Shown one piece after another: positions 18,195 through 28,048 of a stretch of DNA of 64,000 nt. Position 1 is the stretch's first letter. Each line of letters opens with the position of its first letter. The stretch covers positions 25,401-89,400 of the forward strand of contig DASPZJ010000084.1 in the NCBI GenBank assembly GCA_035636315.1, written 5' to 3'. The translations under genes were made by a program, and so were the position numbers. The notes under the pieces were generated by a model, which ran no database searches, was not told where the DNA came from, and saw nothing but the letters and a program-made list of their open reading frames with translations. This DNA is from Thermoplasmata archaeon (GTDB lineage Archaea > Thermoplasmatota > Thermoplasmata > RBG-16-68-12).

Positions 18195-18920
18195 TCAGTA
18201 GACGGCGCCGCAGCGAACGCACGTGAGCTTGCCGTCGCCCCGGGCCACGAGCTGGCCGCCGCACGCCGTGCAGTACCGCATCTCCTTCACGAGCTTGCCC
18301 TGCTCGTCCCACGAGTGCTGCGGCCACGTGCTCTGCGCGGGAGCCTGTCCCGGCCAGTTTCCGGAGCCGCCGGCGGACTGCGGCGCCGGTGGCGGCGACG
18401 ACGGCGGAGGCGCCTGCGGGTACGCGCCTTGCGGGGTCATGGGATAGGGCGGCGCGTGTTGCATCATGCGGAACTGCTCCTCCATGTACGCGCCCTGGTC
18501 GACGCGGGTCACGGTCGTCCTCGCCAGGCGGTCGAAGTACCGCTGCCGCGGATCCCCGTGGGTCGCGGCCCCGAGGAGGAGGTCGAACAGGAAGAGGAGC
18601 CAGTACACTTTCGAGAGGTTGCGGATGATCGAGTGCACCAGGTCGAGGTTGCCGTCGAGCGCGACGACGCGGAGCGACAGGAGCTTCTTCCCGATCGTAC
18701 CGCCGACCAAGCCCTCGAGCAACATCGAGTAGGCGAACCAGACGAGGCCGAAGAAGAAGCTCGAGAGCCACCACGCCCACGCGAAGACCGACAGGGAGAT
18801 CGCGAAGAACAGTCCGATCACGAACACGACGACCGAGTCGATGAGGAACGCGAACAGCCGACGGATCCAGTGCTCCTGCAGAGCCGGGTTGCGACCGATC
18901 AGGTCAAACGCCGAAGGCAT
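18195..18920 (-). CDS. RDD-family membrane protein with C-terminal zinc ribbon
   Basis: N-terminal RDD-like TM region, a Pro-rich linker, and a C-terminal CTACGG...CVRCG. Confidence 0.65.
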   Translation of the reverse strand: MPSAFDLIGRNPALQEHWIRRLFAFLIDSVVVFVIGLFFAISLSVFAWAWWLSSFFFGLVWFAYSMLLEGLVGGTIGKKLLSLRVVALDGNLDLVHSIIRNLSKVYWLLFLFDLLLGAATHGDPRQRYFDRLARTTVTRVDQGAYMEEQFRMMQHAPPYPMTPQGAYPQAPPPSSPPPAPQSAGGSGNWPGQAPAQSTWPQHSWDEQGKLVKEMRYCTACGGQLVARGDGKLTCVRCGAVY

Positions 18921-19002
18921 GTCTCACCCATCCGGAGACGCTGATATCCGACGGGCCTTCATAAACATATTGGGCATTAATATATCGCGCGGGGATTGAA
19001 AA

Positions 19003-19683
19003 TCAGTCCGTCGAGTCGGCCGATGGTTCCGAGGGCAATTCTTCCTCGACTCGCGTGGAGCGCCGCAAGAACTCGCCCGGGACTTCCTTCGACGTGTAGA
19101 CGGTCTTCCCCGCCTTGTGGATCACGACGCCGCCCTCTCGCGCCGCCTTCGCATCGATCTCCAGGATCACGGGAGCCTGGATGCGGACGCGCCCCGCCTC
19201 CATCGCGGCCTCGAAGGTCGCGCTGAGGTGGACCATCTTCCGATCGGACGGGCGCAGCCCCGCGTCCATGAGGAGGTGGCTCTCTTCCTCCGTCGTCGGG
19301 TAGAACAGGACGTCGGGAATGCCTTCGGTCGGGAGGTCCAGGTCGACGTCCATCGAATGTCCGTACGTCGCGCGGATCTTGCCGTCCTCGAACTGGTACC
19401 GTCCCTTCGGGTCCGTCTCGATCAGCCCGACGACGTGGTGCTGCCGAACGAACCGGAAGCGGCGGTTCCGGATCTGGATCGCCGTCAAGAAATCGCGGAG
19501 ATCCACCCACCCGTGCGCGTCCATCTCGAGCCCGTATCGTTCCGGGAAGTGCCGCAGGACTCCCGCCATCGTGCGGCCGAGGGTCTCGACCTCCTCGTTG
19601 TTGAGCAGGAACTTGCCTTCGCTCCCGCAGTGAGGACAGAACTCGTCCCGGTAGTATCCATGAGAACGACATTCCTTCAGCAT
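19003..19683 (-). CDS. kptA: RNA 2'-phosphotransferase (Tpt1/KptA)
   Basis: LRHFPERYGLEMDAHGWVDLRDFL...RATYGHS...HLS motifs, plus an N-terminal Cys pair CRSH..CPHCG. Confidence 0.85.
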   Translation of the reverse strand: MLKECRSHGYYRDEFCPHCGSEGKFLLNNEEVETLGRTMAGVLRHFPERYGLEMDAHGWVDLRDFLTAIQIRNRRFRFVRQHHVVGLIETDPKGRYQFEDGKIRATYGHSMDVDLDLPTEGIPDVLFYPTTEEESHLLMDAGLRPSDRKMVHLSATFEAAMEAGRVRIQAPVILEIDAKAAREGGVVIHKAGKTVYTSKEVPGEFLRRSTRVEEELPSEPSADSTD

Positions 19684-19720
19684 CGGTCCCCTCCCTAGAA
19701 GTTTGGTATTCAGCGTCGGC

Positions 19721-20560
19721 TTATGAAGTTTCGTCCCCCCGTTCGGTGGGGAGGTCCGCTTCACGGACAACGCGGACGCCGAGGGAATCGAGCCGTTCCT
19801 CGAGGGACCGGATCGCTCCCTTGCCGATCGTCTTTCGATGCAGGTACGCGATCGTCGCTCCGCGGGTCCGTTCGATCGCCTGATCCACGATTGCCGGCGG
19901 CGCGCGCTCGAGGGCGTACGCCGCGAGGAGATGCCCGAAGGAGATCCGTCGCTCGAGGGCCAAGTCCGTGTGCCGCGGCACATAATGGCCGCCGCCGAAC
20001 CCGACCGCGACCGGCGCGTCGGACGGAGTGAGGTCGAGCAACACCCGCGCGATCAGCCGAGACGCCGTCACGTCGTTCCATTCGCGTGCCGTGCTCCCCT
20101 GTTCGATGTAGAATGTGGGCGACGTCAAGTAGGGCCCATGGTGCGTCGCCTCGAACGTGACCGCGTAGGCGAGGGGCGCCGCCGCCCGCTTCAGCGCCCG
20201 CAAGGCGGCCGTCATCCACCCGGGCGCCGATGGGACGAGCGTCTCCGGTTGCCCTCCGAATTCCGCGGTCGCGGGGTTCCCGATGGGATGGACCGTGAGG
20301 CTCGGTCGCTCGCTCTCGGACTTGTGCTTCGAGAGGTACACGACGAGATCGGCGGGCTCCCCGAACGCGCGTTCGAGATCGCGGTCGAGGTGATCTCGGT
20401 AGAGATGCGACCCATCGATCGTTGCGAGTACGAGGTCGCGGAACCGCCACGCGGGCCTTCCCTCGAACGTCGGTTCAGCGCTCCACGACGCCGCCTCGAG
20501 AAGGGCCTGCCTCTGGCCTCGGCTTGCCTCGTCGGCCTCCGACGCCACCAGAAATCGCAT
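19721..20560 (-). CDS. dtdA: archaeal-type D-aminoacyl-tRNA deacylase
   Basis: MRFLVASEAD...LSKHKSES..PSLTVHPIGN...TFEATHHGP...GGGHY pattern of DtdA. Confidence 0.8.
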   Translation of the reverse strand: MRFLVASEADEASRGQRQALLEAASWSAEPTFEGRPAWRFRDLVLATIDGSHLYRDHLDRDLERAFGEPADLVVYLSKHKSESERPSLTVHPIGNPATAEFGGQPETLVPSAPGWMTAALRALKRAAAPLAYAVTFEATHHGPYLTSPTFYIEQGSTAREWNDVTASRLIARVLLDLTPSDAPVAVGFGGGHYVPRHTDLALERRISFGHLLAAYALERAPPAIVDQAIERTRGATIAYLHRKTIGKGAIRSLEERLDSLGVRVVREADLPTERGDETS

Positions 20561-20651
20561 CCGGCGCGGGAACGGTCTCCGCCGCCATCTCGTTTCGCCC
20601 GCCCGTCGCACAAACTTTATGTGGCGTGCCCTAGTACGCGGGCGAGAGCGC

Positions 20652-21014
20652 ATGGTGACCGTCGCGTTCCTCGCCTCCGTCCAAGGGTACCAGGAGGCGC
20701 GGATCCGGGAGATCGCGGACCGCTTGCGTTCCGACCATGCCGAGTGGACGGTCCAGGTGCTCCCGCCGGAGGCGACCGCTCCACTCCTGGCGAAGTACAA
20801 GCTGAAGTTCGGGCCCGCGATCCTCGTGAACGACCGGATCGAGTTCGTCGGGATCCCGAGGTACCGGATGCTCGTCGAACGGGTCGCCATGGTCGCCGCA
20901 GGCCGGATTTCTCCGAGGACCGCCACCCCGCCGCCGTCCGCCGCCCCGGCGAAACCCGCTTCGAAGCCCTCGGTGCCCGCGAGCCCGCCACCTGCGCCGC
21001 CCGCGTCGGAGTGA
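20652..21014 (+). CDS. small thioredoxin-fold-like protein without CxxC, Pro/Ala-rich tail (hypothetical)
   Basis: KYKLKFGPAILVNDRIEFVGIP resembles glutaredoxin/thioredoxin-like small proteins. Support is weak. Confidence 0.35.
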   Translation: MVTVAFLASVQGYQEARIREIADRLRSDHAEWTVQVLPPEATAPLLAKYKLKFGPAILVNDRIEFVGIPRYRMLVERVAMVAAGRISPRTATPPPSAAPAKPASKPSVPASPPPAPPASE

Positions 21015-21197
21015 GTGCGTACCACCACGTCCGGTGCGGAATGCCTCGACCCGCCGCGGGTCGCGTCGGATCTCCACAGGAGCAACCTTCCCTTCTCGAA
21101 AACTATATCAAATTAGCAACGCATTATTTCCTTCGGGTTGAGACGAGAGGGACCGCGAATCGCTGGGCGGTCCGAGAGGAAGGAGCGGAATTCCCCC

Positions 21198-21626
21198 ATG
21201 AGCATCGAGGACGAGTTCGAAGAGACGCGCCGTGCGATTCACCGCATGCTCAAGGACGCGTTCGAAGGGAAGCTCGGGGTGTTCCGAGAGCCGTTCATCT
21301 ACGGCTTCACGACGCGGACGCGGGAATCGCGGCTCGAAGCGCCTCGGCCCGCGCTCGAGGGCGAGGAGATCAAGACGCGGGATCCCCTCGTCGACGTCAT
21401 CCTGACCGAGTCGGCGATCTTCCTCACCGCCGAGATGCCGGGGGTCTCGCGCGACGAGGTTCGCGTCCGCCTCGACGAGGGGAAGCTCGTCATCCAGGGC
21501 GAAGGGGACCGGCCGTACTTCACGAAGGTCGACCTCCCGGCGGACGCGGACCGCGACACCCTGAAGTACACGTTCACCAATGGCGTCCTCGACGTTGTGA
21601 TCGCCCGGAAGCGCACCTTGGCGTGA
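21198..21626 (+). CDS. hsp20: Hsp20 / alpha-crystallin small heat-shock protein
   Basis: PLVDVILTESAIFLTAEMPGVSRDEVRVRL...YTFTNGVLDVVI is an alpha-crystallin domain. An AT-rich aaaactatatcaaatt box lies upstream. Confidence 0.85.
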   Translation: MSIEDEFEETRRAIHRMLKDAFEGKLGVFREPFIYGFTTRTRESRLEAPRPALEGEEIKTRDPLVDVILTESAIFLTAEMPGVSRDEVRVRLDEGKLVIQGEGDRPYFTKVDLPADADRDTLKYTFTNGVLDVVIARKRTLA

Positions 21627-21889
21627 GGGCGGTCCGAGCGTCCGGGCTCGGTGAGCCGATTCCCTCCTCCGACAAGATCAACCGCAAGCTGAAGCGGCTG
21701 CGACGCATCGAAGCCGGATACCGGGCGGACATCCGACGCGCGCACGACGCATTGAGGTTCCAGACCGCGAATCGCACGAAGGCCGAGCAGCGCTACGAGC
21801 GGGTCCGACGCAAACTCGAGGGGCGAATCGAGAAGCTCCAGCCGAAGATCCGCGACCTGACGAATCTCCGGGCGGAGATGCGGTCCTAG
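21623..21889 (+). CDS. small coiled-coil protein (hypothetical)
   Basis: The GTG overlaps the hsp20 stop. The sequence is heptad-like and basic (KLKRLRRIEAGYRADIRRAHDAL...KLEGRIEKLQPKIRDL). Confidence 0.3.
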   Translation: MRAVRASGLGEPIPSSDKINRKLKRLRRIEAGYRADIRRAHDALRFQTANRTKAEQRYERVRRKLEGRIEKLQPKIRDLTNLRAEMRS

Positions 21890-21929
21890 GCGCCGCGAAG
21901 GATAAGAGCGCGGGAGACGTTTCGGAGCC

Positions 21930-23012
21930 ATGGCGGACGCGGACCCGCACGGCCTCCTCGAGGAGACCGCACGGGCGATCCGGGCATGCACCCGCTGCCG
22001 TCTCCATGTGGGGCGCACGCACGCCGTCCCCGGCGACGGGCCGTTCGATTCCGACCTCGTGATGGTGGGCGAGGCCCCGGGGAAGGAGGAGGATGCGTCC
22101 GGCCGGCCGTTCGTCGGCGCCGCCGGCAAGATCCTCGACAAGGCCTTGGACGCCGCGCGTGTGCCGCGAGGCTCCGTCTTCATCACGAACGTCGTGAAGT
22201 GCCGGCCTCCGGGCAACCGCTCGCCCCGCGCGGACGAGATCGAGGCTTGCCGGCCGTATCTGTTGACGCAGATCGCCGCGATCCGGCCGAAGGTCGTCGT
22301 GACGTTGGGTTCGACGGCGCTCCGAGGCGTCCTCGGCGCGGCGCTCGAGTTGAAGGACGCCCGGACGAAACGCCTCTTCTTGGACGACGTGCCGGTCGTG
22401 TCGACGTACCACCCCGCGGCGGTCCTGTACAATCGCCGCCTCGAGCGGATGATTCGGGGAGACCTGCGAAAGGTCGCGCGCGGGGTGAGGCCGGAGGCCC
22501 CCCGGATCCGGAGTGAGGGGCCGCATGAGGGCGTGCCGACGAATCCCCTCCGTTCAAGCGGCGCGGCGATCGTGAATTCGGAGGGTCGGATCCTGCTCCT
22601 GTGCCTCGAGGGCGACGAGACCTGGAGCCTGCCGAAAGGGACGGTAGAGCCGGGCGAGACCATGGAACAGACCGCCCTCCGGGAGGTGCACGAGGAGACG
22701 GGGCTGGAGGTGCGGTTGGTCCGCCCGCTGCGCGAGGTCTCCTACGCCTTCTACTGGCCTCCCGCCGGCGTCAATTACCACAAGACCGTCGCGTACTTCC
22801 TCGCGGAGCCGGTGGGCGGCGAGGTGCGACCGGAGCCGGGGTTCGAGGAGGCCCGATGGGTCACCCACGAGGAGGCGCTCCGGCTCCTCCGATGGCCCAA
22901 CGACCGGGATGTCGTCTCGAGGGCCTTCGCGGCGCGGCGCCGAACCCCCGCTAGGCGAAAAACGCGCGGACGCGGTCGAGGGTCCCGGCGTTCAGGACGT
23001 CGTCCGCGGTGA
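21930..23012 (+). CDS. family-4 uracil-DNA glycosylase fused to a NUDIX hydrolase
   Basis: N-terminal half has CTRC...GEAPGKEEDASGRPFVGAAGKIL...NVVKCRPP. C-terminal half has the Nudix box GTVEPGETMEQTALREVHEETGL. Arg-rich tail. Confidence 0.8.
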   Translation: MADADPHGLLEETARAIRACTRCRLHVGRTHAVPGDGPFDSDLVMVGEAPGKEEDASGRPFVGAAGKILDKALDAARVPRGSVFITNVVKCRPPGNRSPRADEIEACRPYLLTQIAAIRPKVVVTLGSTALRGVLGAALELKDARTKRLFLDDVPVVSTYHPAAVLYNRRLERMIRGDLRKVARGVRPEAPRIRSEGPHEGVPTNPLRSSGAAIVNSEGRILLLCLEGDETWSLPKGTVEPGETMEQTALREVHEETGLEVRLVRPLREVSYAFYWPPAGVNYHKTVAYFLAEPVGGEVRPEPGFEEARWVTHEEALRLLRWPNDRDVVSRAFAARRRTPARRKTRGRGRGSRRSGRRPR

Positions 23013-24681
23013 GCCACGCGCGGCGGGCCGTGCCGACCCCGAAGCGCATCCAGTCCAGGTTCCCACTCGCGTGGCTGTCCGTGTCCACGCTGATCGTGCA
23101 ACCCGCGTTCTTCGCGGCGCGCGCTTGCGTCGCGCTCAGGTCCATCCGTCTCGGGTCCGCGTCGAGCTCGATGGCGGTCCCGGCATGCGCGCACGCCTTG
23201 TACACCTCATCGAGATCGAGCTCGATCGGTCCGCGCCGGCCGATCTGCCGCGTGGTCGGGTGGCCGAGGAGGTCGACGTGCGGGTTCTGCACCGCGGCGA
23301 CGATCCGGGCCGTCTGGTCCTTCCGCGGGAGGGTGAACCTCGAGTGGACGGACGCGATGACGTAGTCGAGTTCCTTCAGCACCTCGTCCGGGTAGTCCAT
23401 CTCCCCGGAATCGAGGATGTCGCACTCCGTCCCGAGCAGGACGGTGAAGCCCTTCGCGCCGCGGTTCAGGGAGCGGACGCGGTCCCGCCGCGCGAGCGCC
23501 TGCTCCGCCGTCATGCCGCGGGCGACGGTCGCCGAGACCGAGTGGTCGGAGATCCCGACGTACGTGTAGCCGCGTCGCCGGGCCGCTTCGACCATCGCCT
23601 CGAGCGGTTCGGTGCCGTCCGTGGCGTTCGTGTGGACGTGCAGGTCGCCCTGGATGTCCGTCGGTTCGAGCAGCGTCGGGAGTCGGCCCGAGGCCGCGAG
23701 GTCGACCTCGCCCTGGTCCTCCCGCATCTCCGGAGGGATCCAGGCGAGATCCAGGGCCGAGTACATGCTCTCCTCCGTGTCCCCGGCGATCCTCGTTTCG
23801 TCGCGGAACACCCCGTATTCGTTCATCTTCAGGCCGCGCCGTTCCGCCATCGTCCGGACGCGGATGTTGTGGTCCTTCGAACCGGTGAAGTACTGCAACC
23901 CCGCGCCCCAGCTCGCCGGATCGAGGATGCGCAGGTCGACCTGGATCGTCCGCGGTGAGCCTTCGTAGTCGGTGTAGGCGAGGCGCACGACGACCTTCGT
24001 CTCTCCGGAAGCCAGCGTCTCGACGACGCCGGGCATGCGGACGAACGCCGCGCCCGCGGCCCCTCGGTCCTTCGCGACCGCGAGGATGTCGATGTCGCCC
24101 ACCGTCTCGCGCATCCGTCGGAACGATCCGGCCGCCTCGATCCGCTCGACCGTCTGGGTGGTGTGCATGTGCGCGACGATCGAGTCGACGACCCGCGCCG
24201 CGTCGACCAGGAAGGTGCGGGCCTGTCCCTCCTTTGCGAGCTCGACCGCCCGGAGGAGGTTCTCCTCCGTCTTCTCCCCGAACCCCTTGACGCGCTGCAG
24301 CAGATGCTTCTGTGCCGCGGTGCGCAGGCCGTCGAGGTCCGTGATCCCGAGCTGCTGCCAGAGGATCTTCACCTTCTTCGGGCCGAGCCCGCGGACCTTC
24401 AGGAGGTCGAGGACGCCCGGCGGGAACTTCGCCCGCAGCTCGTCGTGGTACGCGATCCGGCCGGTCGTCACGTACTCCGTGATCTTCTCCCCGAGGGCGG
24501 CGCCGATGCCGGGGATCTGGTCGACCCGTCCCTGGCGCACGAGTTCCTCGACGTCATCGGCGAGGGACTCGAGCTGCCGTGCGGCCCGCTGGTACGAGAG
24601 AATCCGGAACGTCTCCTCTCCGAGGATGTCGAGCATGTCCGCGATCTCGCTGAATCGCGCGGCGATCTCCTCGTTCTTCAT
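22951..24681 (-). CDS. polX: family X DNA polymerase with C-terminal PHP domain
   Basis: N-terminal HhH (IPGIGAALGEKI, VRGLGPKK), nucleotidyltransferase GSFRRMRETVGDIDIL, and PHP motifs (DLHVHTNATDG, SDHS). Confidence 0.85.
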   Translation of the reverse strand: MKNEEIAARFSEIADMLDILGEETFRILSYQRAARQLESLADDVEELVRQGRVDQIPGIGAALGEKITEYVTTGRIAYHDELRAKFPPGVLDLLKVRGLGPKKVKILWQQLGITDLDGLRTAAQKHLLQRVKGFGEKTEENLLRAVELAKEGQARTFLVDAARVVDSIVAHMHTTQTVERIEAAGSFRRMRETVGDIDILAVAKDRGAAGAAFVRMPGVVETLASGETKVVVRLAYTDYEGSPRTIQVDLRILDPASWGAGLQYFTGSKDHNIRVRTMAERRGLKMNEYGVFRDETRIAGDTEESMYSALDLAWIPPEMREDQGEVDLAASGRLPTLLEPTDIQGDLHVHTNATDGTEPLEAMVEAARRRGYTYVGISDHSVSATVARGMTAEQALARRDRVRSLNRGAKGFTVLLGTECDILDSGEMDYPDEVLKELDYVIASVHSRFTLPRKDQTARIVAAVQNPHVDLLGHPTTRQIGRRGPIELDLDEVYKACAHAGTAIELDADPRRMDLSATQARAAKNAGCTISVDTDSHASGNLDWMRFGVGTARRAWLTADDVLNAGTLDRVRAFFA

Positions 24682-24740
24682 TGCCGCGGCGCGATGTCCC
24701 ACGGCCGTCTTTATGGTTTCCCGCGCGCTTCGTGCGCCGC

Positions 24741-25490
24741 ATGATCTGGACGGGCACATGCGGGTTCGGTCGCCGCCAAGCGGAGGCGTTGCGGGAGCTC
24801 GACGCGGTCGAGATCCAGGAGACGTTCTACCGTCCGGTGGCGACGGAGCGCGCGGCCAAGTGGCGATCCTCGGCGCCTCCGGAATTTCGATTCTGCGTGA
24901 AGGCCTCGCAGTTCATCACCCACGACGCATCGTCTCCGACGTACCGCAGGGCCGGACGGACGATTCCCCCGGAGGAGCGCGCGACGTACGGTGGGTTCCG
25001 CGACACGCCTGCCGTCCGCGAGGGATGGGAAACGACCCGGGCGGTGGCCGATGCCCTCCGGGCCAACGTGATCGTCTTCCAGACGCCCGCCTCGTTCGCT
25101 CCGTCGGACGCGAACCGGGCTGCGTTGTACCGGTTCTTCGAGTCGATCCGGACGGACGCAACGAAGGCCGTCGAACTGCGCGGCCCATGGGCGACTCACG
25201 TCGTGGAGCGGATCTGTGAAGACCTCGGGCTGGTCCATGCGGTGGACCCGTTCGACCGGGATCCGGCGACGTACGGTCTGGCGTATTTCCGTCTGCACGG
25301 GAGCCCGCCCGGGCCGTCGATGTATCGGTACACGTACACCGACGAGGACCTCGCCCGCCTCCGCTCCATGTGCACGGAGTACGATGATGCGTATGCGATG
25401 TTCAACACCTATTCCATGCACGCGGACGCCCGGCGCTTCGGACGGATCGTACATGACGCCGCCCTGTCCGAGTCTCCGATTCGTCCCTGA
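24741..25490 (+). CDS. DUF72 (UPF0759) family protein
   Basis: IWTGTCGF...LDAVEIQETFYR...FRFCVKASQFITH pattern. Confidence 0.8.
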   Translation: MIWTGTCGFGRRQAEALRELDAVEIQETFYRPVATERAAKWRSSAPPEFRFCVKASQFITHDASSPTYRRAGRTIPPEERATYGGFRDTPAVREGWETTRAVADALRANVIVFQTPASFAPSDANRAALYRFFESIRTDATKAVELRGPWATHVVERICEDLGLVHAVDPFDRDPATYGLAYFRLHGSPPGPSMYRYTYTDEDLARLRSMCTEYDDAYAMFNTYSMHADARRFGRIVHDAALSESPIRP

Positions 25491-25544
25491 CATCGGGAGG
25501 GAAACCTATGTATAGCCGGCCTCTCTGTTTCCGCTGAACCGTGC

Positions 25545-27044
25545 ATGCCCCCCGCCGGCCGCATCCCCCGTGAGGTCGTCGCGTTCTTCGCGTCCGGCGG
25601 CGGCCACTCGCTGATCGTGAAAGGCCCGGCCGGGACCGGCAAGACGACGTTCGCCTTGCAACTCACGGAGGAGATCGGGGACGTCGCGGCGTCTCACTAC
25701 CTCAGCTCCCGCGTCTCCGACGAATCCCTGTACAACCAGTTCACCTGGTTGCAGGACCGCGTCAAGCCGGCCGGCCTCCAGACGGGTCCGAAGGGCCCGC
25801 GGCAGACGAAAGTCACGCGCGACGCGCTGAACCAGCTCGAAGGCAAGCTCGAGGAGGGCAAGGAGGGCGACGAGGCGGAGTCGGAGCCCGTCGGCTCGGG
25901 CGAGGTCAAGGGCAACATCCTCGAGGTCGTGCTCGGCGTGGACCTCCCGGAACTGGAGGACGCGTACGACTTCGTCGACGATCGTCTGCCGAAGCGGTCG
26001 CTCGTCCTGATCGACTCGATCGACGCGCTCGCCGAGCATTACGGCATCCCTGCCGCACGCCTGATTACGGTCCTGCAGCGGGACCTCGTCGAGGGGAGCA
26101 AGCAGAACGTGCTGTACGTCCTGGAGAGCAGCGGGGAGACGCGCCTCGACTACCTGGGCGACGGCGTCGTGAGCCTCGTCTCGTCGGAATACGAAGGCCG
26201 CCGGCTCCGCGTGCTCACGATCGAGAAGCTGCGGGGCCAGCAGATTCAGCAGCACCGCTATCTGTACACGCTCGACGCCGGACGCCTCACGGCCTTCGAC
26301 ATCCACGAGGAGGCGCGGCCCCCGAAGCCGCAACTCTGGAAGCCGATCAAGGACCTCTCGAAGGACGCCGCGAGCTGGGGACTTGGACCGCTTGACCGGC
26401 TGACCGGGGGCCTGATCCGCGGTCGGGCGGTCGCGTTCGAGATCTCGAACGCAGTGCCCCTGGAACACGTCGACTTCCTCCGGACAGCGATCATCTGCAA
26501 CTTCGTCGTCCAGGGCCGAGGCGTCGCCCATGTCCCTCCGCGGAAGGGGACCGCGGAGTTCCTGCGGGAGCTGGTCGTCCCGCATCTCCCGGCGGGGGCG
26601 TTCGACACCCATGTGCGGGTCTTCGAGACCGCGACCTTGGGCTCCGCAGATGTCTCCCGGACGGTCCTCCACATGGAAGGGACGAACGTGGATGCCGACC
26701 TGAAGTGGTCGAGCGTGGAGTTCCAGCTCCCGAAGTCGGACCGGCCCTTTTTGGCCTTCATGGCCTTCGACACCCTCGAGTCCGTGTACACCGACAAGGT
26801 GCTCGAAGCGATGTCCGGCGTCATCGGCTCGATCCGACGCGCGAAGGACGTGTTCGTCGGGTTCACGACCCCGCAAAGCGCCTCCGCGGCGAAACTGGAG
26901 AACCTCGCCCAGGTCGTCCTCCACCTCGAGACGATCAACGGCTCCGTGGTCCTGTATGGCTCGAAACCCTACACGGGGCTCTTCAGCCTGTCCTGGGACC
27001 TGTCGGCCGGCGTCCCGAAAGCGGATCTCCGGCCGATCGTGTGA
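25545..27044 (+). CDS. KaiC/RecA-superfamily P-loop ATPase (GvpD-like)
   Basis: Walker A VKGPAGTGKTTFALQ and Walker B-like LVLIDSIDAL. The TATA-like cctatgtatagcc lies about 30 nt upstream. Confidence 0.6.
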   Translation: MPPAGRIPREVVAFFASGGGHSLIVKGPAGTGKTTFALQLTEEIGDVAASHYLSSRVSDESLYNQFTWLQDRVKPAGLQTGPKGPRQTKVTRDALNQLEGKLEEGKEGDEAESEPVGSGEVKGNILEVVLGVDLPELEDAYDFVDDRLPKRSLVLIDSIDALAEHYGIPAARLITVLQRDLVEGSKQNVLYVLESSGETRLDYLGDGVVSLVSSEYEGRRLRVLTIEKLRGQQIQQHRYLYTLDAGRLTAFDIHEEARPPKPQLWKPIKDLSKDAASWGLGPLDRLTGGLIRGRAVAFEISNAVPLEHVDFLRTAIICNFVVQGRGVAHVPPRKGTAEFLRELVVPHLPAGAFDTHVRVFETATLGSADVSRTVLHMEGTNVDADLKWSSVEFQLPKSDRPFLAFMAFDTLESVYTDKVLEAMSGVIGSIRRAKDVFVGFTTPQSASAAKLENLAQVVLHLETINGSVVLYGSKPYTGLFSLSWDLSAGVPKADLRPIV

Positions 27045-27159
27045 GCCGATCGGGCGCGTCGCAGGCACACGAAGCGGACGGCCTCCCGGAGGTCCGCGAG
27101 TATCAAATCCGAGAACCGGATAGATAGCTGAATTAATACGCATGGGTGAATCATGAGCA

Positions 27160-27504
27160 ATGCGAGAAAAGGACGTCTCGCGCTTGCTCACGGACGAGTA
27201 CGCAGAGCGGATTCTCGTCGCAACGCAGACCGTCTCTCGATCCGTACAAGAGATTAGCGACAAGTACGACATCCCGATCGCTGCATGCTACCGCAAGATT
27301 CACGAGCTCGAGCAGGCCGGGTTCCTGAATGTCGCGGAGATCGTCACGACCCCGAAGGGGAAGACGATGAAGCTGTACCGCTCCCTCCTGAAGTCCGCGC
27401 AGCTCGTGTACCAGGACGGGATCTTCAAGGTCAAGTTCGAGTTCGACGGGGAGAAGGACATCAGCGGAAAGTGGATCGAGCTGAACGCGGCGCTCGACGC
27501 GTGA
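27160..27504 (+). CDS. winged-helix transcription regulator (ArsR-like), paralogue 1
   Basis: LLTDEYAERILVATQTVSRSVQEISDKYDIPIAACYRKIHELEQAGFL, similar along its length to the next gene. Confidence 0.6.
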   Translation: MREKDVSRLLTDEYAERILVATQTVSRSVQEISDKYDIPIAACYRKIHELEQAGFLNVAEIVTTPKGKTMKLYRSLLKSAQLVYQDGIFKVKFEFDGEKDISGKWIELNAALDA

Positions 27505-27533
27505 GCGCGCGAACGCGCGCGCGCGTTTCGGTC

Positions 27534-27580
27534 GTCTGATAATCAAGCAGGCAAACGAGTTTTTTGTCTGATAATCAAGC
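27534..27580 (+). promoter_or_regulatory. two 15-nt perfect direct repeats GTCTGATAATCAAGC (27534-27548 and 27566-27580), each containing the palindrome TGATAATCA
   Basis: Read directly. The repeats start 32 nt apart, immediately upstream of the TATA-like gcttaaatatcc (27586-27597) of the second regulator gene. Confidence 0.45.
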
Positions 27581-27640
27581 GCGATAGCTTAAATATCCCA
27601 AAAAAGCATCGACGGCGCACAAGCAAGAGGGGTTGGAACC

Positions 27641-28048
27641 TTGGAGGATAACACCACTCCGCTGGACAACGACGCCGAATTCCAAGGGACCTCGAAGCTT
27701 CTCTCCCCCCTCGAGGCATCCCAGCTCCTGACCGACGAATACAGCGCGAAGATCCTCCTCGCGACGTACAAGCGGAAGATCAGCGCTCAGGAGATTAGCC
27801 AGCGGTACGGCATCCCGATCGCGGCGTGCTACCGCAAGATCCGGATATTGGAAGAGGTCGGGCTCATCCAATGCGTCGAGCGAATCCTGACGCAGAAGGG
27901 CAAGCGGAAGAACCTCTACACCTCGTGCCTGCGCAACGCATACATCTTCTTCGAGAACGGCAAGCTCCGCGCGCGGTTCCAGCTCGCGACCGGTCAGGTC
28001 AAGGATTTCGGCGGTGACTGGAACGGCCTCGACATGCTGAAGCAGTAG
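27641..28048 (+). CDS. winged-helix transcription regulator (ArsR-like), paralogue 2
   Basis: LLTDEYSAKILLATYKRKISAQEISQRYGIPIAACYRKIRILEEVGLI. TTG start. Confidence 0.6.
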   Translation: MEDNTTPLDNDAEFQGTSKLLSPLEASQLLTDEYSAKILLATYKRKISAQEISQRYGIPIAACYRKIRILEEVGLIQCVERILTQKGKRKNLYTSCLRNAYIFFENGKLRARFQLATGQVKDFGGDWNGLDMLKQ

